64,000 nucleotides of DNA from an uncultured delta proteobacterium (GCA_963848135.1 CAWKCK010000017.1:186001-250000), one strand, 5' to 3'. Shown: positions 19,803-30,885, counted from the stretch's first letter. Program-made: numbers and translations. Notes: generated by a model not told the origin, from the letters alone.

Positions 19803-20172
19803 AACCAGTATTACAGTTAAAACGTCGCGCATTGAAAATAGTATTCTAAAGGAATGTTTACCGACCTGACCGGTTGGAATCGGTTTCCCATTCGGCTGTA
19901 GGTTCCCCATGAATACCGGTTATTTATTTAATAAATTTTTTAATAAAATAATCAACGCCGCATATCGTGAGTAACTTCTGGAACTGTCATACTTTGGGAA
20001 TCTTACCAACAAAGCTGGGGGTATACCGATGATGATAATTTTGTTACATATGAATGTCGCCTAAATATCTATTCATCGTCACATTATGCGGTATCCAGCG
20101 ATCCCGTCGCTCCTGCCGCCTGTCAGCCTTCGCCAAAGGAGGGTAATAATCGCTGCTGCCTCTAAGACAGGG

Positions 20173-21483
20173 ATGATCGCCCCACCTGAAAACCGCGCCT
20201 TTCAGGTTTACGACCTTCTCTGGAAAATCGCCTTACCGTTTCTCAAACATAACAGGCGACTGGCGGACGGATTCAGTCAACGCCTCTTTATTAGCTCCCT
20301 ACCGGAACCGGCAGATATCTGGATCCAGGCAGCCTCGGTCGGTGAAGCCTTCCTGGCGGTAGATCTGGTGAAATGCCTACGTCCCGATCGTGACGTATCA
20401 GTTCTTTTAACGACGAACACTTTGCAGGGAAAAAGTATTTTCGATCAATCCGCACCAGAATTCCGTGCAAATACCCGCATCATCCAGACGCAATCCGCCT
20501 ACTTTCCCTTTGACCGACCGACAGTCATGCACCGAGCTGTTCAGCACATCCGTCCCATTCTTATGATTTTGCTGGAAGCCGAATTGTGGCCGGCCCACCT
20601 GGCGACGCTAAAGAACGCGGGGACGCCGATCGTGGTCGTCAACGGTCGCCTGTCTGCTAAAAGTTTGAAACGTTACAGTCATTTTTCTTCGCTGTGGCAC
20701 CGGATGGCACCGGATAAGGTTCTGGCCATATCAGAGGCCGATGCGCAACGTTTTGCCTGCCTGTGTGGCCAAGATCGGGTCGAGGTCATGCATAACCTGA
20801 AATTTGATCGGCTCGCCTTTCAATCCCCGCCTGCCGAATCGTCCAATCCTCTCACGAAAATATTTGCACCGAAAGCGAAAATTCTCGTTTTCGGTTCGGT
20901 CAGGCAGGAGGAAGAAGACGATATCAGCAATATCCTAAACCGCATTCGAAGCGTTCAGCCCGAAGCGGTGCTGTGCCTTTTCCCCCGTCATGCTCAGCGC
21001 CTGAATACCTGGTCTGCCATTTTAGACCGGCAGGGCCATCCCTGGATGCTGAGATCCCATATCGTTAGCGCCGCCGCACCGGGCTCGGTCATACTTTGGG
21101 ACACCTATGGCGAACTGGTGCATGCCTATGAACTCTGTCACGCCGCTTTCGTCGGTGGCAGCCTCGCCCCGTTGGGAGGTCAGAATTTTCTTGAAGCAAT
21201 GGCCAGCGGCGTTGTACCTGTCATCGGTCCGCATTGGGATAATTTTGCCTGGGTCGGAAAAGAGGTTGTCGCGGCAGAACTGGTCCGGGTTGCGACCGAT
21301 TGGCGCCAGACGGCAGCCCTACTGACCGTAGCATTAAAAGCGAAACCTGAAAGGGATAAAGTGCGGAAAAAAGCCCTGCGATTCGTCAAGGACCGCCAGG
21401 GGGGCAGAGTGAGCGCTTGCCGGCTGATCGAAGGATATCTTAAGAACGCGTCGCCAAATCGAACGTCAGGTGCCACTCAATGA
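20173..21483 (+). CDS. waaA: Kdo transferase paralogue 1; start uncertain (20086 or 20173)
   Basis: WIQAASVGE, YFPFD, LEAELWP, VNGRLS, NLKFD, FVGGSL..GGQNFLE. Confidence 0.85.
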   Translation: MIAPPENRAFQVYDLLWKIALPFLKHNRRLADGFSQRLFISSLPEPADIWIQAASVGEAFLAVDLVKCLRPDRDVSVLLTTNTLQGKSIFDQSAPEFRANTRIIQTQSAYFPFDRPTVMHRAVQHIRPILMILLEAELWPAHLATLKNAGTPIVVVNGRLSAKSLKRYSHFSSLWHRMAPDKVLAISEADAQRFACLCGQDRVEVMHNLKFDRLAFQSPPAESSNPLTKIFAPKAKILVFGSVRQEEEDDISNILNRIRSVQPEAVLCLFPRHAQRLNTWSAILDRQGHPWMLRSHIVSAAAPGSVILWDTYGELVHAYELCHAAFVGGSLAPLGGQNFLEAMASGVVPVIGPHWDNFAWVGKEVVAAELVRVATDWRQTAALLTVALKAKPERDKVRKKALRFVKDRQGGRVSACRLIEGYLKNASPNRTSGATQ

Positions 21484-21556
21484 CCTCCGGCAAAGCGGGG
21501 GGATCTGATGATTATAATCGGGCCGAGAATTCGAACCGAAAGATGGTAGAGGATTG

Positions 21557-22918
21557 ATGATCTGGTTGTACAATACCGTGCTGGCAACTCTGCTCCTGTT
21601 TGGCCTACCCGTATTGATTCCCTATATGGTCTTGTCGTCCAAGAGACGGCCGATTCTGCTTCAGCGACTCGGAATCGTGCCTCCCCGCCCCACCATTTAT
21701 CGGAAGACCAAACCAGAAAAGCCAATCTGGGTTCATGCCCTATCGGTCGGTGAGGTATTGGCCGCAATCCCGCTGCTCGAAGCACTCCGGCATCACTTTA
21801 CTGACCGACCCATTGTTCTCTCCGCTTCCACCCGTACGGGCCACACCATCGCGCTTGAGAAACTCGGGTCTCTGGTGGATGTGGTCTTTCTCTTCCCTTA
21901 TGACCTGAGCTTTGCCATTAACCGCGTTGTTGCCTGCATTCATCCGTCTATGGTGGTCATGATCGAAACAGACATCTGGCCGAATTTTCTTTTTACGATG
22001 AAACGCCAAGGCGTGCCGGTCATGCTTGCCAATGCCAAGCTTTCGCATAGATCTTTCTCCGGGTATCGACGTTTAGGCAATTTTGCCAAGAAACTCTTCA
22101 CCTGTTTCTCAGCCCTTTGCTGCCAGAGTCGCGCTGACGCCGAGCGATTCAGACAACTCGGCATCCCTGAGGATATCTTATCGGTGACAGGGAACATCAA
22201 GTTCGACCAGGATGAAACACCCCTGACGGCCAGCGAGGTCACCGCCCTGCGCAAATCATTGGGCCTAAGCCGTCAGCAATCGGTCTGGGTGGCAGGCAGC
22301 ACCCATGAAGGGGAAGAAGCGGTGATTCAGAAAGCCTTTGTGTTGCTCAAAAAAAAGAACCCCGATTTGATGTTGGTTGTCGCCCCGCGCGACCCCGAAA
22401 GATCCGAATCGGTGGACCGGATATTTCGTGCGGCCGGATTCAATGTCGATACGCTGTCAGACTTGGTGGGCGGCCGTGTTTCGCAGGCGCCTGCCGATGT
22501 CATCGTCATCGATACCCTCGGTATGTTGAAAAGACTGTATGCACTGGCCGATGTCGCCCTGGTCGGCGGGAGCCTGATCCCAATCCGCGGCATCGGTGGG
22601 CACAACCCTCTCGAACCGGCCGCATTCGCCAAGCCGATCCTGTTTGGACCTCATATGCACAACTTCAGAGAGATCGCCAACATGCTGACCGCAGCTGGGG
22701 GCGCCATTCAGGTGGGCGATACCAATGCACTTGACGCCACCGTCAATGACCTTCTCGGCGATCGTCACCGCGCCCGGCAGATAGGACAGAACGCCCATGA
22801 AATATTCAATGCCAACAAGGGGGCCGTAACAAAAACCATGGCGATCATCACCGGCCGGATGGTATCGGAACCTGAGCAACAGGGCGGTACTACCACCGAC
22901 CTGCCGCAGGGGATTTGA
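21557..22918 (+). CDS. waaA: Kdo transferase paralogue 2, canonical motifs
   Basis: WVHALSVGE, FPYD, ETDIWPN, GNIKFD, AGSTHEGEE, APR.PER, GGHNPLEPA. Confidence 0.92.
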   Translation: MIWLYNTVLATLLLFGLPVLIPYMVLSSKRRPILLQRLGIVPPRPTIYRKTKPEKPIWVHALSVGEVLAAIPLLEALRHHFTDRPIVLSASTRTGHTIALEKLGSLVDVVFLFPYDLSFAINRVVACIHPSMVVMIETDIWPNFLFTMKRQGVPVMLANAKLSHRSFSGYRRLGNFAKKLFTCFSALCCQSRADAERFRQLGIPEDILSVTGNIKFDQDETPLTASEVTALRKSLGLSRQQSVWVAGSTHEGEEAVIQKAFVLLKKKNPDLMLVVAPRDPERSESVDRIFRAAGFNVDTLSDLVGGRVSQAPADVIVIDTLGMLKRLYALADVALVGGSLIPIRGIGGHNPLEPAAFAKPILFGPHMHNFREIANMLTAAGGAIQVGDTNALDATVNDLLGDRHRARQIGQNAHEIFNANKGAVTKTMAIITGRMVSEPEQQGGTTTDLPQGI

Positions 22919-22931
22919 GATCCACAGCCGA

Positions 22932-22960
22932 TTGACTTTTATCTGTTTTTAACCTAATCT
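22932..22960 (+). promoter_or_regulatory. Putative sigma70 promoter for lpxL
   Basis: TTGACT-17 nt-TAATCT, 45 nt before the ATG. Confidence 0.5.
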
Positions 22961-23005
22961 CGGCCAGTTAACCTCGGTCATCTATCATTCCCATGACAAA
23001 TCGAT

Positions 23006-23905
23006 ATGGATACATTGAACGACACCGCATTTCGCATCATTGAAAAATTTTTTTACCTACTCGGTCGCGTTCCCCGCAGACATGCACGCCATTTGAGTGA
23101 AATGCTCAGCCGCCTGTGGTTTCTCACAGATTTCAGGCACCGACGCGTGGCACTGGACAACCTGACCCGGGCGTTCGGCGATGAAAAGAGTCCGGCAGAA
23201 ATCGAAAGCATTGCCCGCCGGGTATATAGGAACCTCATCCTTGTTCTGTTCGAAATCGGATGGAGCCTGCATCTGCGCCCGGAAGAATTCGACAATTATT
23301 TTAAAATCAAGAATAGGTTTTCAGGCAACGCGGATAAGGGGGTATTGATTCTGACCGGCCATGTGGGCAACTGGGAAATGATGCCCATCGTTTCGGCCAT
23401 CGCCGAACATACGGCCAATGTCCTCTATCGACCGATGGACTATGGACCCCTTGAACGATTCTTCGCCCAAAACCGTACGCGCTTCGGCGCCAAATTGGTA
23501 TCCAAGGACCGCGCGCTGCTTAAGGTATTCAAGGCCCTAAAACGGCAGGAGTCGGTGGTCATGCTGCTGGATCAAAACGTCGGCTGGCACAAAGGCGTAT
23601 TTGTCGATTTCTTTGGACGACGCGCCTGCACCAGCTATGGGCTGGCCTTCATCGCCCTGAAGACCGGCGCACCGGTTGTACCCGTCTTCGTTGTGCGCGA
23701 TGCAGACGGGGTCGGTTTCACGGCCGAAATCGGCCCCGAGATTTCCCTCCTAAAAACCGGGGACCACCAGAAAGACCTGGAGGAAAACACTCAACGCTAC
23801 AACGACGCCCTGGAAGCCATTATTCGGCGACACCCCGATCAATGGTTCTGGGTGCACAGACGCTGGAAGACACGGCCCTACAGCCCTTGGCCGAGAGACA
23901 TGTAA
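23006..23905 (+). CDS. lpxL: Lipid A late acyltransferase, LpxL/HtrB family
   Basis: TGHVGNWE, LLDQN, VDFFG, PDQWFWVHRRWK. Confidence 0.88.
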   Translation: MDTLNDTAFRIIEKFFYLLGRVPRRHARHLSEMLSRLWFLTDFRHRRVALDNLTRAFGDEKSPAEIESIARRVYRNLILVLFEIGWSLHLRPEEFDNYFKIKNRFSGNADKGVLILTGHVGNWEMMPIVSAIAEHTANVLYRPMDYGPLERFFAQNRTRFGAKLVSKDRALLKVFKALKRQESVVMLLDQNVGWHKGVFVDFFGRRACTSYGLAFIALKTGAPVVPVFVVRDADGVGFTAEIGPEISLLKTGDHQKDLEENTQRYNDALEAIIRRHPDQWFWVHRRWKTRPYSPWPRDM

Positions 23906-24141
23906 CGGGGGAGGCGCATCGGCCTCAAGGCTGAATCGATTATAAATGCTTTGCTGTGTTCATTCTCCGGCTATCACGAAATGGGCCTGTCGGCCGACCA
24001 TCCGGCCGATCCAAGGCCAAAGCACTGCCGCTAAGACAAACAGGTGCATTCGCATGTATTTAACAGAAACACACCATCACATTATAATCATAGCGACAAT
24101 ACCCGCGGTTAGCGGCCACCCCGGTAACCACCCTGTTTAAA

Positions 24142-25206
24142 ATGAACCGCATTCTCATTATTCGTCCGAGCGCCATCGGCGATATCGTTATGGCCTCTCC
24201 GATGATTCGCGTTTTGCGGAAGGCAATGCCCCGGGCATACATTGCCTGGCTGGCAGATGAATCGGTGCGCGGCATCATGGATCATCATCCAGACTTGAAC
24301 GAAATCATTTACTGGTCGAAAGAACGCTGGCGAAGACTGGCCAAATCTATGCGGTTCACGAACCTGATACCCGAAGTCAGGGAATTTTCCACGATTCTTA
24401 AAAAACGACGATTCGACCTGGCGATCGATGCCCAGGGCCTGCTCAGAAGCCGTCTTCTCGCATGGCTTTCCGATGCGGCAGAACGCATCGGTCTCGATTC
24501 GCGGGAACCCGGCCGGTTCCTCATGACCCAGATCGTCTCACGCGGTGAAGACAAACGACCAATGAGTTCAGAATATCTTCAACTCATGCGCGCTCTCGGG
24601 CTCGAACCGGAGAGTTTTGCTCCGGAGATCGTTTTATCCCAAGAAGATCGACAGAGCGCCAAAAACAAGCTTTCCGCTCTGAAAATCGACAATCGTTTCG
24701 TCTTGATCTGCCCCTTTACCACCCGGCCACACAAACACTGGCTTCCAGAACGCTGGGCCGAGATGGCCAATTACCTTGCCGCGCAATTTGACCTGCCGGT
24801 TCTGATGCTGGGTTCAATACGCGATACAAATGCCGGTCACCGCATACGGGCGCAGGCCAATGTCCCCATCTTTGACCTTATCGGCCAGACAACCCTTGCA
24901 GAGGCCGCCGCCATCGTCGCAAGGGCCGCGCTGGTTATCGGCGTCGATACCGGAATGACCCATATGGGTACGGCTTTCAAACGGCCAACGATTGCCCTTT
25001 TCGGTGCGACGTGTCCGTACCTGAACACCCCCAGTCCCGACACCGTCGTCTTATACCTCCCGCAAACCTGCTCCCCCTGTAAACGCAAACCCACCTGCAA
25101 GGGGCGGTACGATTGCATGGGCGCCATTACCGTCAAACAGGCCGCCAGGGCCGCCCACAACCTTTTGGAAACCAATGCCAGAAGACATTCACATCCTACA
25201 TATTGA
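24142..25206 (+). CDS. GT9 heptosyltransferase, WaaC/WaaF-like
   Basis: RPSAIGDIV, FDLAIDAQG, HKHW..E, GVDTGMTH, IALFG. Confidence 0.88.
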   Translation: MNRILIIRPSAIGDIVMASPMIRVLRKAMPRAYIAWLADESVRGIMDHHPDLNEIIYWSKERWRRLAKSMRFTNLIPEVREFSTILKKRRFDLAIDAQGLLRSRLLAWLSDAAERIGLDSREPGRFLMTQIVSRGEDKRPMSSEYLQLMRALGLEPESFAPEIVLSQEDRQSAKNKLSALKIDNRFVLICPFTTRPHKHWLPERWAEMANYLAAQFDLPVLMLGSIRDTNAGHRIRAQANVPIFDLIGQTTLAEAAAIVARAALVIGVDTGMTHMGTAFKRPTIALFGATCPYLNTPSPDTVVLYLPQTCSPCKRKPTCKGRYDCMGAITVKQAARAAHNLLETNARRHSHPTY

Positions 25207-26296
25207 AACCGGCCGCCACCTTTACGGCGGGGGTCTTCAGGTATTATACCTGATGAGGGGACTCGCTCAGAATGGCTGTCGCAACACCCTTGTCTGCCCT
25301 TCCGGAAGTGATATCGCAAAAGCCGCGCCACCGGGGGCACAAATTTTCAGGGTTCCTGTGAGAGGCGAATTGGACGCATTGTTCTTACTCCGGTTGTGCC
25401 GTATCATATCCGCAACGCAACCAGACCTTGTGCACGTGCACAGCCGACGGGGAGCGGATGTTTGGGGCGCCGCTGCCGCCTGGTGCACCCATACCCCGGC
25501 AATTATAACCCGCCGGGTGGATAACCCCGAAAGCCCCTATATCGCGCGGATTAAATACCGAATCTACAGCCGTGTCGTGACCATATCCGAAGGTATACGC
25601 CGTGTGCTGCTCGCGGGGGGAATTCCAGCAAAAAAGATCGTGTGCGTACCAAGTGCCGTGGACGCCCAGCGTTTTGGCGGTCCGTGCGCACCAGAATGGT
25701 TCATGGGTGAGTTCGGTCTGAAGCCGGCCCACCGCGCCATTGGAATGATCGCCCAGTTCATTCCCCGCAAAGGGCATCGTCTGTTAATAGAAGCCGCGCC
25801 AAGGATCCTGAAGCGTTTTCCTGAAGCACGCTTTCTCTTTTTCGGTAAAGGGCCGCTCGAAGAAGAACTGCGCCAACGCTGCGCCCGTAACCGTATTGCT
25901 GATCGGGTCATCTTCGCAGGATTTCGCGACGACCTGGAGCGCATCCTTCCCTGCCTGGATATCGTTGTCCACCCTGCACATATGGAAGGATTGGGCGTAT
26001 CACTGTTGCAGGCGGCCGCTGCCGGCGTTCCGATCGTGGCCACACGGGCGGGCGGGATACCCGAAATCGTCGAAAACGGTGCCAACGGTTATCTGATTGA
26101 CAGTGGGGATATTCACGCTATAATAAGCTGCGTGACTGAGCTTCTGTCCGACCCCGTGGCATCGAAACGTCTCGGGACAAACGGCCGGTTAATGGTTTTA
26201 TCGCGGTTCTCTATCGATGCCATGGTTAAAGGTAATCTGGCCGTCTACCTTAAGGTCCTTTCCGAACAGGCTCCTGACGGCCGAATCGGCTTATAG
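25175..26296 (+). CDS. GT4 glycosyltransferase
   Basis: YGGG, VHVHS, KGH, EGLGVSLLQAAAAG.P.VAT.AGG.PE. Confidence 0.88.
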   Translation: MPEDIHILHIETGRHLYGGGLQVLYLMRGLAQNGCRNTLVCPSGSDIAKAAPPGAQIFRVPVRGELDALFLLRLCRIISATQPDLVHVHSRRGADVWGAAAAWCTHTPAIITRRVDNPESPYIARIKYRIYSRVVTISEGIRRVLLAGGIPAKKIVCVPSAVDAQRFGGPCAPEWFMGEFGLKPAHRAIGMIAQFIPRKGHRLLIEAAPRILKRFPEARFLFFGKGPLEEELRQRCARNRIADRVIFAGFRDDLERILPCLDIVVHPAHMEGLGVSLLQAAAAGVPIVATRAGGIPEIVENGANGYLIDSGDIHAIISCVTELLSDPVASKRLGTNGRLMVLSRFSIDAMVKGNLAVYLKVLSEQAPDGRIGL

Positions 26297-26436
26297 CCGG
26301 CGACTGCCGTAACATAGTAACTAATCCGCAATGTTTAAAATGACACTTGCCAGACCCGGTATCTCAGACCCTCCGACTTTGTCTCATGCCTTATCCTTAT
26401 CTTCGTCTTCACAACCGCACAGCAGGGCGTTCGCCT

Positions 26437-27681
26437 GTGAATCACGATAAGTATAATAAATTTAAGAATATACTGCTCAATCCGTACTGGTTGGTGTTTT
26501 CGCTAACCGGTATCTTTTTATTTTTCTTCGCACTCAATCGCGGCGGCACAAACGTCTTTATCTGGGCCTGTGCCTTTTTTTTGTTGATCCATTTGGCATG
26601 GGGCGAATTTACGCTCAATACCCTTTCGCTGTTCTATTGGGTCACCCTTGCGGCTTGCGCAACGCTCATTGTTATTAGTCTTGCCTTTTCCTATGAAATT
26701 ACGCACAAGGACCGGATTTTCAGGCTCGTTAAAATGCTCATTATTATTTTTACGATTCACCTGATCAGTCGAACCGTCTCTACCAGACGGTCCTTCATCA
26801 TATTTGGCGCAGTATTGGCACTTTCTGTGACCTGGCAGTTTGCAGCGCGAACTGTGTTCGGAATGCCCAACGGCACCTGGGAAAATCCGCATTATTTGGC
26901 CAATTTCGTCATTCTGAGCCTGCCGCTTCTTTTTTACTATTCCCGGATGGCCGCCAAACCTTATAATTATTTGTTCTTAGTTTTGATCGTCATGGATATC
27001 GATCCCGTGTTGAAAAACGCTTCCCGCCCGGCATTCTTGGCGCTTGCCGCCAGTACACTGTTTGTCATCACCTTCTTCACTCACAGCCGTTACAGGTATA
27101 TCGGCCTGTTGGCAGTCAGTGGCTGTTTCATCTTTTTAGGCCTGACGAATTACGCCGGTTTTTTCGATTCGCTTAAAGAGTTGGTGGTCAATATATCGAA
27201 CGAAGAAAGGGTCGGCATTTGGAAGTATTCTTTGGAAATGCTTCAGGACAACTCTCTGTGGGCCTGGTTGGTCGGAAACGGACTCGGCAGCACGTATGAT
27301 ATATTACAGAAATATGCGCTTCCTGATCCACTATACGAAGGCATTTCTTTCCCGCACAATTTTTTGATACAAATTCTTTTTGAAAACGGCATTATCGGGT
27401 CGGTTGTGGTTTTCGGTGGGCTAACATTTTTGATGTGCCTGTTCATCAAATTGTCGAATGCAGCGGTTGACGCCTCCGGGCACCTATTCAACAATTGCAT
27501 GATGGCGGTCTTCCTGAATTGCATCATCTTCACCGGTCTGACAGTTGGTTTTTATTCCAAGTACACCTTGTACCCTTTGGGCTTTATTATTGGAATCGCA
27601 TTCGTTCTTGCTGAAACCACTTTATACAAAAGAAATGGTAGGCCGCCTTGGAAAGCGTTAGAATCCTCGCAGACAGCTTGA
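26437..27681 (+). CDS. O-antigen ligase (WaaL) family membrane protein; start uncertain
   Basis: Many TM segments, NPHYLA, SRPAFLA, ERVGIW, GNGLG, PHNFLIQILFENGIIG. Confidence 0.78.
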   Translation: MNHDKYNKFKNILLNPYWLVFSLTGIFLFFFALNRGGTNVFIWACAFFLLIHLAWGEFTLNTLSLFYWVTLAACATLIVISLAFSYEITHKDRIFRLVKMLIIIFTIHLISRTVSTRRSFIIFGAVLALSVTWQFAARTVFGMPNGTWENPHYLANFVILSLPLLFYYSRMAAKPYNYLFLVLIVMDIDPVLKNASRPAFLALAASTLFVITFFTHSRYRYIGLLAVSGCFIFLGLTNYAGFFDSLKELVVNISNEERVGIWKYSLEMLQDNSLWAWLVGNGLGSTYDILQKYALPDPLYEGISFPHNFLIQILFENGIIGSVVVFGGLTFLMCLFIKLSNAAVDASGHLFNNCMMAVFLNCIIFTGLTVGFYSKYTLYPLGFIIGIAFVLAETTLYKRNGRPPWKALESSQTA

Positions 27682-27749
27682 AATCCAATGCGTTGAAAAA
27701 AAATAAAACTGAGAGCCGTTAGATCGGCAAATAACTCCCGTTGCAACCC

Positions 27750-28715
27750 ATGGATCAAAAACCTGTCAGCATCGTCATTCCGAACTATAACGGCGCAACG
27801 ATTCTGAAAACCAATCTTCCCAAGGTCATCAAAGCCGGTCATGGCTATGGCGGCACCTGCGAAATCATTGTCGTCGACGATGCCTCTGCGGACAACAGCG
27901 TCGCGCTGCTCCAACAGTCTTTTGCGCAGGTCAAGCTCGTCCGTCACGATGTCAACCGCGGGTTCGCCGACACAGTGCACACCGGAATTCATGCCGCTTC
28001 CCATGAAATCATCATCCTCTTAAACTCCGATGTCTGGCCATATCCCGATTTCATCTTACCATTGGTAGACGCCCTTTTGAGCGCCAGTGACGTTTTTGCC
28101 GTATCACCGCTCGTTTACGACCCGGAGGGTGAAGTTCAGAGTGTTTCCTGGAATCGGTATGCTTTCGTTCGCGGAACGATAAAAAGTACCGCATGGAATC
28201 TGGAAGATGCCTTGTCGCGCCGGGACAGGGAAGGCCCTTTAAAAAGTCTGTTTGCTTCCGGCGGTTCGATGGCTGTGAAAAAAGATCGCTTTTTTGCTCT
28301 GGACGGTTTTCTGCCAATCTATAAGCCTTTTTATAGTGAGGACATGGATTTGTGTACCCGGGCCTGGATGCATGGCTGGCAGACCCTCTTTGAACCCCGG
28401 AGCCAAGTGGTCCACGATCATGTCGGCACGATCAAACGCTTTTTCCACTCAAAAAAGATCCGCATTACGCGCATACGCAACCGAAACTACTACATGTGGC
28501 TCTATTGTTCCTGGCGGCGGCTAATCCTGTCCCTTATTCCCTGGTCGATACTGCGGTTGTTTTTACGCCTTCTTCGGCTGGATGTCACCTATCCTGTGGC
28601 GCTTTTTAAGAGCCTGGGCAACTTACGGTCGGTCATCGACCTGCGTTCTCAGATTAAACAGGCGCAACCTTTCAAAACTTTGGATCAACTCATAAAAGAA
28701 ATCACACCATCATGA
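27750..28715 (+). CDS. GT2 glycosyltransferase
   Basis: VIPNYNG, VVDDASAD, NRGFA, LLNSD, YSEDMDL. Confidence 0.88.
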   Translation: MDQKPVSIVIPNYNGATILKTNLPKVIKAGHGYGGTCEIIVVDDASADNSVALLQQSFAQVKLVRHDVNRGFADTVHTGIHAASHEIIILLNSDVWPYPDFILPLVDALLSASDVFAVSPLVYDPEGEVQSVSWNRYAFVRGTIKSTAWNLEDALSRRDREGPLKSLFASGGSMAVKKDRFFALDGFLPIYKPFYSEDMDLCTRAWMHGWQTLFEPRSQVVHDHVGTIKRFFHSKKIRITRIRNRNYYMWLYCSWRRLILSLIPWSILRLFLRLLRLDVTYPVALFKSLGNLRSVIDLRSQIKQAQPFKTLDQLIKEITPS

Positions 28716-29698
28716 GCCAGAAAGAAGCGGGCGTCGAATTGAAAACGAGTGCTGTCGGTAGCCAACCGCCCATGGGCTTCCAAAGCGTTACATTTACGGT
28801 ATTCATACCGACGTACAACCGTGCCTACACCCTCGATCGTGCCCTTCAGAGCGTCAGCGAACAGACATTCAGAGATTTCGAAGTTTTGATTATCGATGAT
28901 GGTTCCCGAGACAACACACGCCAGTTGGTAGAGAGCTGGCAAGGACGCAAAATTTTTCCCATTCGATACTTTTGGCAGGAAAACCAGGGCAAGCATGTTG
29001 CTCACAACAACGCTGTCAAGCGCGCGCTCGGTTTTCTTTTTGTTCTCCTCGACTCGGACGATATGCTGCATCCGCGTGCACTCGAACGTCTGAAATATCA
29101 TTGGGAGAGTATTCCGGATAGTAAAAAGAAACACTTTGCCGGTGTCGAAGGCTTATGTGTCTATAGCGACAGCAGTGTAAAAGTGGATCGATTCCCTGAA
29201 GATGTGATGGATGCGACCTATCTTGAAAAAAGAAAGAAGTACAATATAAGAAGCGAAAAAAGACACGCCATGCGAACCGATATCCTGCGCCAGTTTCCTT
29301 ATCCGCAATTCGAGGGTGAACGGCACATACGGGACGACCTGATATGGAAACGCATGTCCCGACATTACAAATTCAGGTATGTCAACGAAGTCATTCAGAT
29401 AATGGAGCACCAGGCCGACGGCCTGACAGCCAACATATTTGCGATACGCATGCAAAATCCTTGCGGTTTCCGGTCCTACTTCTTGGAAGAAATCAATGAT
29501 TTTTCGTTGCTGACCGGATCGTACCAACGGTTCAAGTATCACAGTAAGTTTGTCCGTTATTCCCTTCACTGTGGTATCGGATTCCGGGAGCAGTACAGGG
29601 AAGTGCGCACAAAAGCCATATGGCTGGTCAGCCTGCCGCGGGGTGTCATCGGCTGGCTGAAAGATAAAGTTAGGATGTCCATCAGGCCGGTCAACTAG
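28712..29698 (+). CDS. GT2 glycosyltransferase
   Basis: IPTYNRA, IIDDGSRD, NQGKH.A.N, LDSDD. Confidence 0.88.
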   Translation: MSQKEAGVELKTSAVGSQPPMGFQSVTFTVFIPTYNRAYTLDRALQSVSEQTFRDFEVLIIDDGSRDNTRQLVESWQGRKIFPIRYFWQENQGKHVAHNNAVKRALGFLFVLLDSDDMLHPRALERLKYHWESIPDSKKKHFAGVEGLCVYSDSSVKVDRFPEDVMDATYLEKRKKYNIRSEKRHAMRTDILRQFPYPQFEGERHIRDDLIWKRMSRHYKFRYVNEVIQIMEHQADGLTANIFAIRMQNPCGFRSYFLEEINDFSLLTGSYQRFKYHSKFVRYSLHCGIGFREQYREVRTKAIWLVSLPRGVIGWLKDKVRMSIRPVN

Positions 29699-29772
29699 TT
29701 CCGGAGATGGCCTATCGACATATTCGGGGTTCAAATTACTAATGTAAACAATTCTACCGACTATCGAAGAAA

Positions 29773-30885
29773 ATGCCTGAAACTAAACCACTTATCGCCG
29801 TATTCGTGGCCACCTCCGGCCATAGCGGCGTGGATCGCCTAATCGGTCACCTTGTGCCCGCCATCGCCCGTCGCGGTTTCCCGGTCGACGTTCTTAAAAT
29901 CCATGGACACGGTCCCCACCTGGAAGAAATGCCGTCCGGTGTCAGGCTAATCGATCTGGAAGCCAAACATGTCTATTCGAGTTTTTCGGCTCTCGCCAAC
30001 TACATGAATCAGTGTCAACCCACGGTGATGCTAACCGATAAAGACCGGGTCAACCGCACGGCACTGCTGGCGCGCCGATGGTCGCGGGCACCACTGCGGC
30101 TGATCGTCAGCTCCGGCACCACCATATCCATCGACCTTGCCAATCGTGGTCTTTTCGAACGTTGGTTGCAGAAATATTCTATGCGCTACCTTTACCCCTG
30201 GGCCAACAACATTATTGTAACCTCTACGGGAGTCGCCGATGACATGGCCGCATATACCGGACTGGCGCGCAAGCGGATCCATGTCGTTCCATGCCCGGTC
30301 GTACCAGACGATCTATTTAACAAAAAATTACCCCCGCCGGCCCACCCCTGGTTTCAAGCGGATGAGCCGCCTGTAATTCTTGGTGTCGGCGAACTCGGCC
30401 CGCGCAAAGATTTTGCAACCCTCATGCATGCATTTGCAAAGCTGCGAAAAAAACAGGCCTGCCGGCTGGTCATCATCGGGAAAGGTAAAGACCGCGACCG
30501 CTTGATAGCGACGGCGCAACAGCTGGGCGTCGAAAAAGATGTCGACCTGCCCGGTTTCATACCGAATCCATATCCCTATATGGCGCATGCCGGTTTGCTG
30601 GTAATGACCTCCCGATGGGAAGGCCTCGGCTTTGTACTCATCGAGGCGTTGGCCGTCGGCACCCCGGTCGTGTCGACGGCATGCCCCAGCGGCCCCAGCG
30701 AAATACTGGGGGACGGTCGATACGGGCCTCTCGTGCCTGTCGGAGATGTCGATGCTCTGGCGCATGCCCTGCATGCGACGTTGATGGACCCGCTTCCGGC
30801 CGATATTCTTCAGGAAGCCGCCCGCCCCTATGAAATCGAGAACAGCACGAGCGCCTATCTGGCTGCCATGGGTCTTGAAATATAA
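29773..30885 (+). CDS. GT4 glycosyltransferase
   Basis: SGHSGVDR, KDFATL, NPYPYM, SRWEGLGFVLIEALAVG.PVVST.CPSGP.EI. Confidence 0.88.
   Translation: MPETKPLIAVFVATSGHSGVDRLIGHLVPAIARRGFPVDVLKIHGHGPHLEEMPSGVRLIDLEAKHVYSSFSALANYMNQCQPTVMLTDKDRVNRTALLARRWSRAPLRLIVSSGTTISIDLANRGLFERWLQKYSMRYLYPWANNIIVTSTGVADDMAAYTGLARKRIHVVPCPVVPDDLFNKKLPPPAHPWFQADEPPVILGVGELGPRKDFATLMHAFAKLRKKQACRLVIIGKGKDRDRLIATAQQLGVEKDVDLPGFIPNPYPYMAHAGLLVMTSRWEGLGFVLIEALAVGTPVVSTACPSGPSEILGDGRYGPLVPVGDVDALAHALHATLMDPLPADILQEAARPYEIENSTSAYLAAMGLEI

Noticed and set aside
19527..20085. c-di-GMP-I riboswitch near the cyclase (GCAAAGCC and GCAAAC words)
   Set aside because: The order and GNRA/receptor architecture of the aptamer are not present on either strand; the words belong to the 65-bp repeat.
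20137..20155. Strong AGGAGG followed by ATA/ATC as a non-canonical waaA start
   Set aside because: An in-frame ATG at 20173 is available and nothing in the sequence favours the unusual start.
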